From Phoronis australis (Eukaryota > Animalia > Phoronida), in contig NMRA01000445.1 in NCBI GenBank assembly GCA_002633005.1, positions 124,001 to 188,000 on the forward strand: 64,000 nucleotides of DNA. Reading direction: 5' to 3'. Numbering within the stretch: the first letter of the stretch is position 1; every line of letters starts with the position of its first letter. The notes under the pieces are model-generated. The model did no database searches. It worked only from the letters and a program-made list of their open reading frames with translations, and was not told where the DNA came from. The position numbers and the translations under genes were made by a program. Of this stretch, positions 38,567-50,576 are shown one piece after another.

Positions 38567-41500
38567 TTGGCAATTACTGAGCGGTGATGTAAAGGATGTT
38601 ATACTTATTGAAACTGTTATACTCTCATACCTTTCATATTTTATATATGTTATTGCATGTAGACTGTTGCTGTTTTAAAGGTGTGTGTGAATCACAGCGT
38701 TTTATTTAGGATAATGAAACTGGAACTTAATGACCCGTTTCATTGTTGCTTACGGAGATGTCTGTGAATGTTTCTGCCGTTGCAAAATCTCGGGTCGATT
38801 CGCAAGCTTTCTTCAATTGAAAGGCATGTTGGGTAACCTTTTGTCGCCATGGAAACACTAATTTGGGTGGTTTAGACAATGCTGAATGTGTCTTGCAAAT
38901 AGTTTGCCGTTGAAACAAATTTTAGCCAGTTTGTATCAAGTAGCGTAAAATTTATCGTGGCTTGTACTGAATTATTTTTACAGTCTCGTGCAGCGCCATG
39001 TTTAAAAATCGTGGCTTTAGCTAACTTTTTTAGATGGTGCTCTTTGTTTTGCTTTTTTGATTTGGGAATTAGTGTAAAGTTCCTAATTAATGTAAAGTTC
39101 CTAATTACACAATCGTAACATCATCATGGTAACAGCATCATGTACCTCATGGAGATCATATCAATTGCTGTCGCGGGAAAACTCACGGACGCTAGCTCAA
39201 TTCATTTCAGTTTGCAGTTTTGGCTTCATCTACTTAGGTCTGCATGGGTCTTTAACTTTAATAAGTCTTGATGGAGCGTAATAAATATTCTTTGTTTGCC
39301 AGTGATGCTCAACGGTCAAAAATTGTAAATTTTGAAAAACTTACTATGTTGTTCAAAACTTTTCTGCGACTTCATGACAGCTGTAGTTTCACAAACCTAC
39401 ATGTACATCGCAAGCTGGAGAAATTTTCTGCAGTGTCTAGGGAAGAAAACCAATTCCTTGGCAGTGCCTGTAAATTCTAGCTAAAAGTCTCTAAACCTTG
39501 GTCTTGGACCAGCAGGCGCCAAACCTACTGTGTAAATCTCAAGACTTGCCTTAAACTCCGCTTACACGCCAAAAAATGGTCCGTACCCGCTGATCAAAAT
39601 CCAGTCCCAGGGACCAGATTCCTCACCGGGACTTAAATCTGGGACTGTTGTTTAGAGGATGGAAGCTAGAGTTTAAAAGCACAGCCTTGGGAATTGTTTA
39701 CTCCTTTGAATGTGGAATTTTGCCTTCCTGCCATTTTGTGTACTTTAGTCACTAGGCATGACCATTGCGCTTTTCATTGGTCGCACTTTTGATTGTCGTT
39801 TGATGAGTGTGTCTGAGGTGATGTACTTGGAAATTGTTATTTTGTTAACTCTATTTAATTCATATCCTTAGGTTTAAGTGATGTCCCATTTTGTAAATAT
39901 ATGATTAATACTTATGGCCAGTTAATTATATTTAGTGTTTGGTCAATTACATGTGGACCCCAGGCCATCCTTTTGCACAAATTCAAAGTTGTATAAACAA
40001 TGTGAAGAGGCAATGAACCTATTATGAATCATCTCTTAATCAGCCGCTTTTTATCAATGACTGGTCATGTATCAGAGTGCTTTGCTTTGCCACAATTTTA
40101 TGAATCAGGTTTATAGAGCTTCTCTTATCCATTAACATCCCGAGATAGATATGTTATAGATACTCAGTTACGCAATGAGGTAAATTTGCATAATTGTGCA
40201 ACAACTTTGGTTGCTGTTTACATTTATGACTGGATAGATGTATCCCACTTTGTGTATATTGCGTCTCTTTATTCTTAAAGCCACACAAAGTGTCAATTTG
40301 CCTACTTTGAAGTACGTGTAGTAAGCATAAATTGTCTGTTTGAAACCCTGGCAAAGCAATGCGTACTCACTAAACACATAGAGACAACTTAGGTCTAATG
40401 AGACACACTTTTACTTTTCCATCAATTTCTGGAATTTTCAGAGATTTAAAAATCAGTTTGCTTAAAGTTTTGTTTTTGTCTCGTGTCCCACTTTTTTCAG
40501 TTTCCTACCTGTCATTCCGATATCATGGATAATAAATGTTTATTACTTACTAACCATTCCTTCTTTATTCCTCTTAATGTTCTCTCTCATTTATAATACA
40601 GCATGAAATTTGTACTGTACTTTCCGTAAAGTGGTGAAACTAAAACATCTTGTTTTTAGTTACTTAGTTATGGAGGGTGTTGAAAGAAAAGGATAAGAAG
40701 TTAGAATGCATTTACAATGTGTTCCAAAATTATATGAAAACTGTGTCGAACCCTTTGTCTAATCCCATGCATACTCACCCCATACCACGCCCCCATGTCA
40801 TCAGGTAATAGCTACAGATTTCTTTCATGCCTCTCATGCAGACTTGGTTGTCCAGCCAGTGCGAGGTGCTATTAAATGCGATCTTCACCAATTATGCTAA
40901 TTTGGGTGGCCTATTTTTGTGTGGTTGTACTTTTCACTTTCATTGCAGAATCGATACTGCATTACGGATTACTGAATATTCTACATACAACTCTCTAGGA
41001 TTCTGAGAGCATGAAAGTAGCTGTTGCTTGACCTCATTTCTAATTCTGGTGTGCAAGACGGACAGAGTTGATAGTACAAAATGGAATTCCTTTTATTCAC
41101 GGACATTTTGAGAAGATAGTCGTTCTTATGTGTATTCCTTGAACAACTTAGCCTACAAGTGGTAAATTGACGCGATGGTCAAAAAGAAGGTTAAAAATGT
41201 TAGGAAATTCCACTTTTACTGAATCTCCATTCAATACTTGTGAATGCTGTCCATCAACTATTCGCGACACGTTCGAGCAACAAGACACATTTAATTTGTT
41301 GTCGCCAAATCAGAAAATGGCTTCTAAAGCATTATGAACAAACATGAAGCATGTCGAAAAAATACACCAAGTTCAAAATAGAAACCATTTATTGTACATC
41401 ATATTGTACACAATAATTTGATGAGCAATACAAAACGATACCTAATCGATGCTCTACCAGTATATAGTTTGCAATGAGAATGCATTATGGCTTGAAGTCT

Positions 41501-41770
41501 GTATATGAAATGAATTCTTTCAATCTCGAGTATTTTTATTATACATAACAAGGATATTAGTGTATTTATGTAGCAACATAAATCACTGGAAAAAATTGAG
41601 ACCTTGGTGTAAGCAAAATCAAAAATCATATCACAGCTGAAAAATGCTGGGCAAAAATCTGGTATCTCAAAAATAAGTTGTCACTAATACTTTATAGATA
41701 GACTACTGAAATAAATATAAAATACACCAGTCCTCATCTGGCTATACAAGGTTGATCTACGCTCAACTGT

Positions 41771-44700
41771 CTATCTGTAGACTTTTGGTCTCTTGGCCCC
41801 TCTATAGCGAGTGGTCCGCACTGCTGCTGACTTTGGTGAAGGTGACTGAAATAAAAATCGGAATGCTTCAGTAATATCCAAATACAATATGATAGTCATT
41901 TTGTACATTAGAGAATCATGTACATTGTTTTCATTGTTGTTCACAATTTGGAATTATTATTTACTTCATATCCAATAGCTCATCCATATCGTGCTCTACT
42001 TAAAATACGAGTTTAACGGTAACCATAGATAGAGTAGTTATAGCCACAGGCTCTAAGGGAGAATTATGAACTAAGGCAAACTGTATCATACGGTAATTAG
42101 AACTCACTCTGTTACGAGTGTGAAAGCATGCAGTAAGAATCTCCTAACATTAATTTCACTAAATGCACGCGCCATTCAAGACAGGGACAAAACCAAAATA
42201 TCTCAACTACATTCTTGGGTCAAAACGATTTGCCAAAATCACGCTTGCTTTTAAACGTCATATTCATAAAGCCAGCATTTTTAAATGCTTGTTGTTTTGA
42301 GAAGGCAAAGATTTGTCTTACCACCTTGCGCCTCTTGGCAGGTACTGGCCGAGTTGGATCGTCGGAAGACCTGCGTTTAATCCCCTTCCCTTGCCGAACT
42401 GTGCTATCCAAACGAGTCGCGCTCGATAGTGTGGCAACCACATTGTCTACCCAACCCTTCCCACGCTTTTTGGCCTTTTTGCCGCCAAACCGGTCGGGAC
42501 TTTGTCGCCTACGTTTTTTGTTAGACTTCCCAGTCGGGACGTTTTCCACCGTTTGGCCATCGATCTCATGTCCGTCGCCGTATTGGTATCCAAGCTGACC
42601 TGGAGGTTGATTGAGGCCTGCTAACTGGTTGCCAGGCAACCTTTTTGTAGTCTGGCCAGCATCATGCAGTTCAGGTAATGTGACGCGCCTTTCAAGCTCA
42701 CGGCTGGACATGTCACATTTACCATTCTGGGTAAAGCTTTGCGCATCAGATTCAAGAGAAGATTGCGCGTCACTGTGGTAATTACCCAGTCTCTCCTTTT
42801 CGCTGTTTGCAGAAGTGGTCAGCATTGAATTAATTTTAGTCTGTTTAGCCTTGCTCACCTGTCTTTGTCTGGCAGACCGGGCTCTCTTTATTCTCCTGGC
42901 CTTCTGGCTATCTTCTGGCTCCGTCAAAGACGTCTTGGCAAGCATTTCAAATAACGAGTTGTCCATATCGCCAGCCACCCAATCGCAGAAGTCGGTCAAC
43001 TCAATGCCAGACTGTTCCAGCCGCTCAAAGTACCCGCTGTGTTCAGCCATAGCAATGAGACAGTCTATATCAGTCTTGATTCGCTTTCTTATGAAACCCT
43101 TCTCACTTTCATCGGACCAGAAATTTCTCTTCGTGCCTCCCAACAATTCCGGCCTCTCAAACTTGGCTTCGCCTGGCCACAGCTGACCTGGGAATACAGA
43201 CTGACTGGCGTACAAGTTCTCCATAACTGGCTTGGCCTCATGCAGTTCCATGTAATAGGACTTCATGTAACTCATTATATTGAAACAGTTATACAACAAG
43301 CTTGCTCTGTTTTCAATACCATTCACCAGGCTGTCAGGCTTTGCTTTCAACAGGGTCTCCATCCACTCCAAGTTACCATGGTTACCGGATGACACAAACA
43401 GTCTTTTGTTGGCGCCTGGTACTTTCAAGATGCACTGGCTAATGTCGTTAACTGCTGCTTGCAGTCTGCGACTGGCACACTCAGTGGCAGCTGGCTTGTA
43501 GTAACAGTTCTCTTCACTGTGTGGTTCGGCAAATCTATTGTCAGAATAAGGTGTATGTTGTTGTTCAGGATCTATATAGAGAGGAACACTTGTGGTTGGA
43601 GATCTATGTCTTCTGCCATGTGAGTGAGGATTGTCTGTGTCATAACTTCTGCCACACTGGAGATGGTCATCTGTTTTATCACTTTTGCCATGCAGGAGAG
43701 GGTCTGCACCTACACTTTGAACGTGATCACTTCTGTCGTGGGGTGTTCCTTTTTGTTCAGGGTTAATCTGATTACTTCTGCCATAGTGTACCCATTGTTG
43801 TTCAGGTCCAATATAGAGAGGGTCACCTGTGCTTTTAGCCTGATCACTTCTGCCAAGGGGTGTTTGTTGTTGTTCATGATCACTATAGACATGGTCATCT
43901 GTTCTTGGAGTCGAGAGATGGTCACCTGTGCTTTGAGTCTCATCACTTCTGTCATGGTTGAGGTGACTTTTTCTTTGAGTCTGTTCATTTGTGCCACTGA
44001 ATATCAGTTGTTGTTCTGCCCTGGTATAGAGACGATCACTTGAACTTTTAGTTTCATCTCTTCTGCCATGGAGTGTTTTTTGTTGTTCATGACCACTACA
44101 GACAGGGTCAACTGCGCTTTGAGTCTGATCACTTTTATCATGGTTTAGGTCACCTGTGCTTTGAGTCTGGTCACTGCTGCCATGGGGTGTTTGATGATGT
44201 TCTGGACCAATAAAGAAAGGGTAACGTGTACTCTGAGTCTGATCATTTCTTCCATAGTTGAGGTCAAGTGGGTTTTGAGTTCTGTCACTTGTGACATGAG
44301 GAAGAGGGTCACCTGTGCGTTGAGTTTCATCATTTTTGCTCAAGAGGGGGACAACTTTGCTTTGAATATTATCACTTCTGCCATGGTTGAGATCTGTTTC
44401 ACTTGTGCCATGGGGGAGAAGGTCATCTGTGCTTTCCGTGGTACCACTGCCGCTTTGTTGTTGTTCATGACCAATACTGGCAGGGTCACCTGTACTTTGA
44501 GCGTCATCAGTTATATCGTTGTTGCTCTGAACAGAGCCTAATAAGTGGCTTCTGCCTCTTTCAATGTCACGTGCATTAACTTGCAAACTAAGCTGTGAAT
44601 GAGATCCACGTGCAGTGCCTCTGTTGTTGCTAAAAACAGAACTGTGAGCTGGACTTCTCTTCTGAATATCCACAAAATTGATTAATCTTGTGTCTGACCC

Positions 44701-47700
44701 TCCAGCTGTCCGCTGCCCATGATACCCTTGCTCAAGACGATCCTCCATTTCATTTTCATCACCCTGAATGTCGTCAAAACAGTTCAGTGCAGCATGAGGT
44801 CTAAGGGCACGGGATGCAAATTCAACTTCCGATATATTTTGTGATTGCACAGTAGGGTTTGGATGTTCTCTGGTGAGGCTGCTTAAAGTATCGCCAATTA
44901 CTTTCTCTTCTAAGCTGTCAGACACCAAGGCCTTGAGTTTGTGATCAATAGAGGATGTTTGCACAGTTGGGTCTAGATGGTCTGAGATGCTGTTGCTTAA
45001 AGGTCTCTTTTCTGTGGTGTCAGACACCAAAGCCTCAAATTTTTGATCACGAAAGGAATTTTCCCCCAGAGCTGGAAGTGGACCTTCTTTGATGCTGTTG
45101 CTTACAGTAACGTCAATAACTTTCTCTTCTTCAGACGTCAAAATCTCCAGTTTGTCATCTTGACACATAGTTTGCACAGAAGGCTCTGGACATTCTCTGG
45201 TGCTGTTGCTTAAAGTAGGGTCTATACCTTTCTCTTTCATGCTCTCAGACATCAAAACCTTGAGTTTGTCATCATGACACATAGTTTGCACAGAAGGCTC
45301 TGGACATTCTCTGGTGCTATTGCTTAAAGTAGGGTCTATACCTTTCTCTTTTAGTATGTTGTCCGACATCAAAGCCCTGAAACTCTGATTATGAGAGCAA
45401 GCTTCACCTGTAAACAATTTATGTGGACCATGTCCAGCAACCATGTCTCCAACATTGTCAATGTGCTTGCGTTGTACAGGCATTGATTGTTGGATCATAT
45501 TTGCAATAGAGGTGTCTACTTTGAGTGCATTTGATTGCATTTCATCACTGCAATTTGGTTCAACCAGGTTTCTTTTATAACTGTTCTGTGTATCTATTTG
45601 TGTTGGGTTATTGCCACCAGACACAGACAGCTCTTTGCCTATTGGACAGCTGCTATGAACATTCATCATTCTCAAGTCTGACCCGTCAGCTGTCAGCGCT
45701 CTCTGTCCACGACTTCTTTGTTGCAGACGATCTTTCATTTCATCCTCTTCACCATGAATATTGTCAAACCAGTTTAGTGTAACCTGAAGGTTGTGAGCAC
45801 TGGATGCAAATTCAGCATCTGATATATTTTGTGCTTGCAAGGTAGGCTGTGGACGTTCTCTGGTGCCGTTGCCTAAGGTTATGTCAATTACTTTCTCTTC
45901 TATGCCGTCAGCCATCAAAGTCTTGAGTTTCTGATCAGGAGAGATTTCAGCGTTTAACACTTCCCTCGGACGATTGCCATCCTCTATGTCTTTCATTTTT
46001 TCATCATGCTTCAGTTGTACAGATGTCAGTTTTGGGGTCATGTTTGCACTAGACATGTCCACCTTAAGTCTACTTGATTTCTGCTGATCAACACCATTTC
46101 TTAATGTCAGATCACTGTATATTCCGTAGCTACTCTGTGTGCCTACCTCTCTTGGGTTCATATGGGACACAGAGAGTTGTGAAGCCTTAGGACTACTGTT
46201 CAGAACATTCACTGAATTAACCATTGTCGATTCGGTCATTCCATCGCTCTGCTTCCTTGACATGGTGGTATTCAAATCTTGGCCATTCTCCTTCAACTCC
46301 AAGCTTGTGAAAAACTGTTGACGCACACCCTCGTCACCATCGCCTTTCTGGAGCAAATTGTCATCTTGAGTAACAGGATTATTTACCCTGCGCCGACGCA
46401 TATCAAACTCCCCGGTGGTGGGGGTGGCATAATGGGGATTACCATTTCCTTCTATTCTAGTCTCATCACACAAGACTGGAACATCTTGCACACAGCCTGC
46501 CAGCCACTTTTGACCCTCCTTTGCCGTGTGGACCTGTGCATTGCCCACTGCCACACTATCACCTGTGGAACTTGGTACATTGGATCCACCTGGCTTTTGA
46601 AACAGACAACTGCTACTGCACTTTTTCCAATTTCTGGCATATTCATAATCACCACAAACACTCGTTGGTGTCTTCTGGCATTGCTCTCTAGCCATATGCC
46701 TAATACCACTTTGGTTGTCTGGGCACTTACAGTATAAGTTTGATTTGTCAGTTATCCAGCTGTCCACACTCTTCAAATTACCAGCTCTCTCTGTACAGTT
46801 TGAACCACTGACAGGTTTTGCTGTATGACCAAACACCTTTTCTCCATTGTTGTCCTCAACTGCAGGCTGTTTTACCTCGGCAACAGTTTGCTGGGTTATC
46901 TTCCTACAAACGTCATTAAGCATTCTTTCCATTTGAGTTTCTCTGCTATCAAAGCCAGTACGCGCTTTTCTAGATACTTTGGAGTTCTCAGTGTCATTTG
47001 AATATCCTCTCGCTCTTCCACAACTCTCCACTCCATTTATTATGCTCTCCGTCGATTCATAGACTCGTAACTTGTCAGCTGACACCACCTGTCCAATGGC
47101 AACGCTGTTACTGTTGCCGCGTCGTCCTGAGCAGAGTTGGAGAATGTGCTTACATGAGGGATCTGCCTTGCCAATCGACCACGGCACGATAAACCCGTTC
47201 GAGAACTCTTTGCAGACAGTCAAGAAGTGACCTGTCGGTCTTTCTTCAAAAATGGCATATTCACCACTCGGGTGCACCCTGTCGAAGAGGCAGCGTTTTA
47301 TATTTTTCTCTCTATCATATTCCAAGAATACAGGAGTGATGTCACAACACAGGGATGTGATGATCTGTCCCCCTATGACAGTGGACATCACATGTGGTGG
47401 AAGCTTCTTGCTGGACGATGCTGGAAGTGGAATCTCAAACACTCTGTTAGCCTGTCTCAAAGCTTTGTGGAGTCTTGACGGGTAGTTGCTGGATACAGCC
47501 TCGTCATCTGGCGCCAGTTTGTTGACATAGCGGAGGATCTTACTCTCCGCCGTGTTTGGCACATTCAATATAGTAGGAGTTGTTGTAATCGTGCCTGTCG
47601 ATGACTGCATCCCGGGTGGTTTTGGCTGGATTTTCACTGGCACTGCTACTAGCCTCGAGCTCTGCATTTTGTTGCCTTGACCAGGGGCAGGGTTGACGGT

Positions 47701-48945
47701 GGACTTTGGCACCTGTATCTTGGTATTGACCTCAATTGACTGCAGATGTGTTTGCACAGATGTACTGGTCCTGTTTAGACTGTTATGTCCGTTGACGAAC
47801 TGGTCCAAGGAAGGCATAACTACCACCGGCTTGTACAGATGGCGCTTTATGACTGCCCTCTGTTGCTCTGTGAGGGAACTAGACACAGCCAACTGCTCCA
47901 GTGTCTTCTTGGGCAGCTTTAAGATGTCAGACTTTGCGGAGAGCCCCAGGTTGTTCTTCTCTGCCACTGTAAACACCTGAACCTTCTTAGCAAAAGGCCA
48001 GGTCATTAAGTTTGCAGGTTTGGAGTCGTCAAGTCCAGGGCCAATCTTTGGCCTAATTGCTTTGGGTAGAGCAGTAGTGCCTTTCTCAACAGATAAAGCC
48101 CGTCTTTTTCCGCTTACACCAACAAGTGGTGTCATTGGAGTGCCTTTGTCAACAGAGGATGCCTGGCTGTTTTTGCTTGTACCAATTAAAGTTGTCACTG
48201 GACTCTCAGAGTGTGTTGAAGCTTTACGCTTCAGTCTCGTATACGGGTGTGGCTTTGCGAAAACATGGTCATCCTTAATAACCAGGGAAGCATGTTTCTG
48301 GGTGGAGACTTCCTCCACACATGCCGTGTGGGCATCACGGCTCTTCTCAACTGACAGCTGCACCATGCTGCCAGCCACAGCCTCCTTTACAATCCTATGA
48401 CTGGCCTCGCTGACTATTGAGCTTTTTAAGACGTCTTGAACGAGTGACTTGCTGATGTTAGTGAGCCACTCACTTTGAGCATGTTCCAGGCACAGTTCCA
48501 CCGTCTGCTTGGCAAGAACTTTCAGATGCTCTTCTGACGCAGTCACATCTTCTGTAGACTCACCCTCGCTGGACGCATGCTGTTCTGTAGCAGACGACTC
48601 GACTATGTTGGTGCCTGAAATTTCACCCGTCCCATCGTCCTTACTATGATCACTGGAGGTGGCGCTGGCTGGTGCATTACTGTTACCCTTTTGTTTGCTG
48701 CCTCTTCTCTTAGGTTTATTCGAGGACTTACCAGCCTTGTCCGGTGTCATACTGTCAATTTGCGCCTGAAAGCTACTGATCTGATCTAACATTGCATACA
48801 GCTGACTTGTAGTTTCTTCAGGCAACTGGCTCAAGTCAGATTTTGCAGACAAACCTAAAGAGTTTTTCAACTTACACAAGCGTTCTGCTTCTGATGGAGG
48901 ATCATTTGTGACTTTTCTCTTGGAACGCTTGTCTCTGCGGCCCAT
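41771..48945 (-). CDS. Unrecognised ~2232-aa protein, largely low-complexity/repetitive, with basic NLS-like termini
   Basis: Uninterrupted 6.7-kb ORF. Acceptor TTTTGCAG at 48961 with an in-frame stop before the ATG. Donor GTG|GTAAGA at 42321 splices in phase 0 to a last exon 41845-41771 (SPSPKSAAVRTTRYRGAKRPKVYR*). AATAAA on the minus strand at ~41388-41393. No domain recognised. Confidence 0.85.
43600..44520 (-). repeat. Degenerate coding repeat array (HGRSDQTQSTGD-like units, more than 12 copies)
   Basis: Recurring HG[RKS]SD.T.STGD(P/L) and [GP]EQQQT peptides, with recurring DNA GGTCACCTGT(G/A)CTTTGAG and ATCACTTCTGCCAT. Confidence 0.85.
44690..46070 (-). repeat. Duplicated coding module with an internal 38-aa (114-nt) tandem expansion
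   Basis: The module LKVD.S.ANM...QNIS..EFAS...FD.I.G.E.EM.DRL.Q occurs twice. A near-identical 114-nt period is seen at 45161 and 45275 (KEKGIDPTLSNSTRECPEPSVQTMC). Confidence 0.9.
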
Positions 48946-50272
48946 TGTTTGTTATTTGATCTGCAAAACATTAAATGGGTTTAAGTTCTCATTGTCACAA
49001 ACTGGATTCCAAAAATTACCTAATCTGATTTTTGGTTTTTAGTAACCTGAACAGGACGAAATGCAGCTTCATAAATTTTGGTTGTCGCTGACACACAACA
49101 GCCCTTTTGAAATTGACTAGCAGGGTCAGTAAATGTAGTTTTTGTGAACTCTGCTCTAAGCCAAACACCTGTCCTGAAGGTGGCGTGTGTAAGTAAACAC
49201 AGCTTAAGAGTTTTTGGTCCTGGCTGAGAAGATGATAAATTGTTTTATTTTCACTTTATGGGATTTGAATAGCTAAGCCCGTAATGATGGAGCTGGCTCT
49301 GAGTGATCGCACAAATCAGGCCCTGGGGATACGACTCGAAAATGAACAAATCCTCACTCTGAGTATACTAACAAATTTGTATTCATTCACTAATAAAATG
49401 GATAAGTTGAGAGTTTTGATTTCGAATCCAGTTTGGAGATTAGACTCTGCTACCAGATCTTCAATAATATGCAAGCAAAATTTATGAACACACTCCCAGA
49501 GAATTACTGAGATAAAGGAGTTTGAACAATGACGTTGAGATGGTATATTTTGTCCATTGATGACAAAACTGTGAGTCCACAATGGTTTTAAATATTTTCA
49601 TTTTGTCTTCTTAACTCTGCTTGCATATAAAGGGGGAAATGCCTTTTTTCGGGTAGTTTTTGGTCAAACTGACAAACTAAAAAACGTACTTTGAACCTTT
49701 CCTATTTATAAACAAAATTAATGCAAACTGGAATTCATTAAACGGGAAGTGTTTACATAGTGAGAATGTCATGAACATGTAAACTTCTACAACGAAGTTA
49801 ATTATTTCCTTCGCTTTTCAGTTATCAGGTAACTGTAATCAATGACCAACACTGCCGCAGATTTTCAGAGCCAGGATTGTTGCAAAGCAAACTGCATTTA
49901 ACTTTTGATGTCAGAAACATGTAATTAAGCTACTACAATAAACCTGGCCTGCCAGACACCCAGTGTTTACATTGTGTGACTTGTTCACAGCATCACACTT
50001 CCAGTCTGAAGAATTGCTGATATTAATTTTATAAAGATTAACTAAAAACATTCAGTATACCTTTCCGAGTAAGTAAAACATGTCAAATTGACCAAAAACA
50101 CCTTTTGATAAGGTAATGTTACCCTTCAACGGTTGTTTATAACCACAATCTTATCCTTTTCTCCTTGTTTCATTGGCTGAAGGATGAGCACATGACCATC
50201 TCTGACACCTGAAAATAAAGGAAAAACAATAATCAATGGTAATCACATACTTAATTCCTTTAACAAACAATG

Positions 50273-50576
50273 AAAGAAATCTGGAGATGTACAAGGTACA
50301 CTAACCTCACAATGATAGGAGATTTAAAGAAATCTGGAGATGTACAAGGTACACTAACCTCACAATGATAGGAGATTTAAAGAAATCTGGAGATGTACAA
50401 GGTACACTAACCTCACAATGATAGGAGATTGAAAGAAATCTGGAGATGTACAAGGTACACTAACCTCACAATGATAGGAGATTTAAAGAAATCTGGAGAT
50501 GTACAAGGTACACTAACCTCACAATGATAGGAGATTTAAAGAAATCTGGAGATGTACAAGGTACACTAATCTCACA
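50273..50576. repeat. 53-bp minisatellite, ~5.7 near-identical copies
   Basis: Unit AAAGAAATCTGGAGATGTACAAGGTACACTAACCTCACAATGATAGGAGATTT, head-to-tail with no spacers. Confidence 0.97.

Noticed and set aside
42220-42321. Last 33 aa of the 2241-aa ORF
   Set aside because: A consensus donor GTAAGA at 42321 and an in-phase terminal exon at 41845-41771 suggest this is intron; an intron-retained isoform is not excluded.
42815-48400. Numerous antisense and alternate-frame ORFs, some periodic, over the giant exon
   Set aside because: These are expected shadows of a long repetitive coding sequence and have no independent splice or start context.
50273-50576. Regular repeat array as a possible CRISPR array
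   Set aside because: Units are head-to-tail with no unique spacers, there are no cas genes, and the context is eukaryotic; it is a minisatellite.
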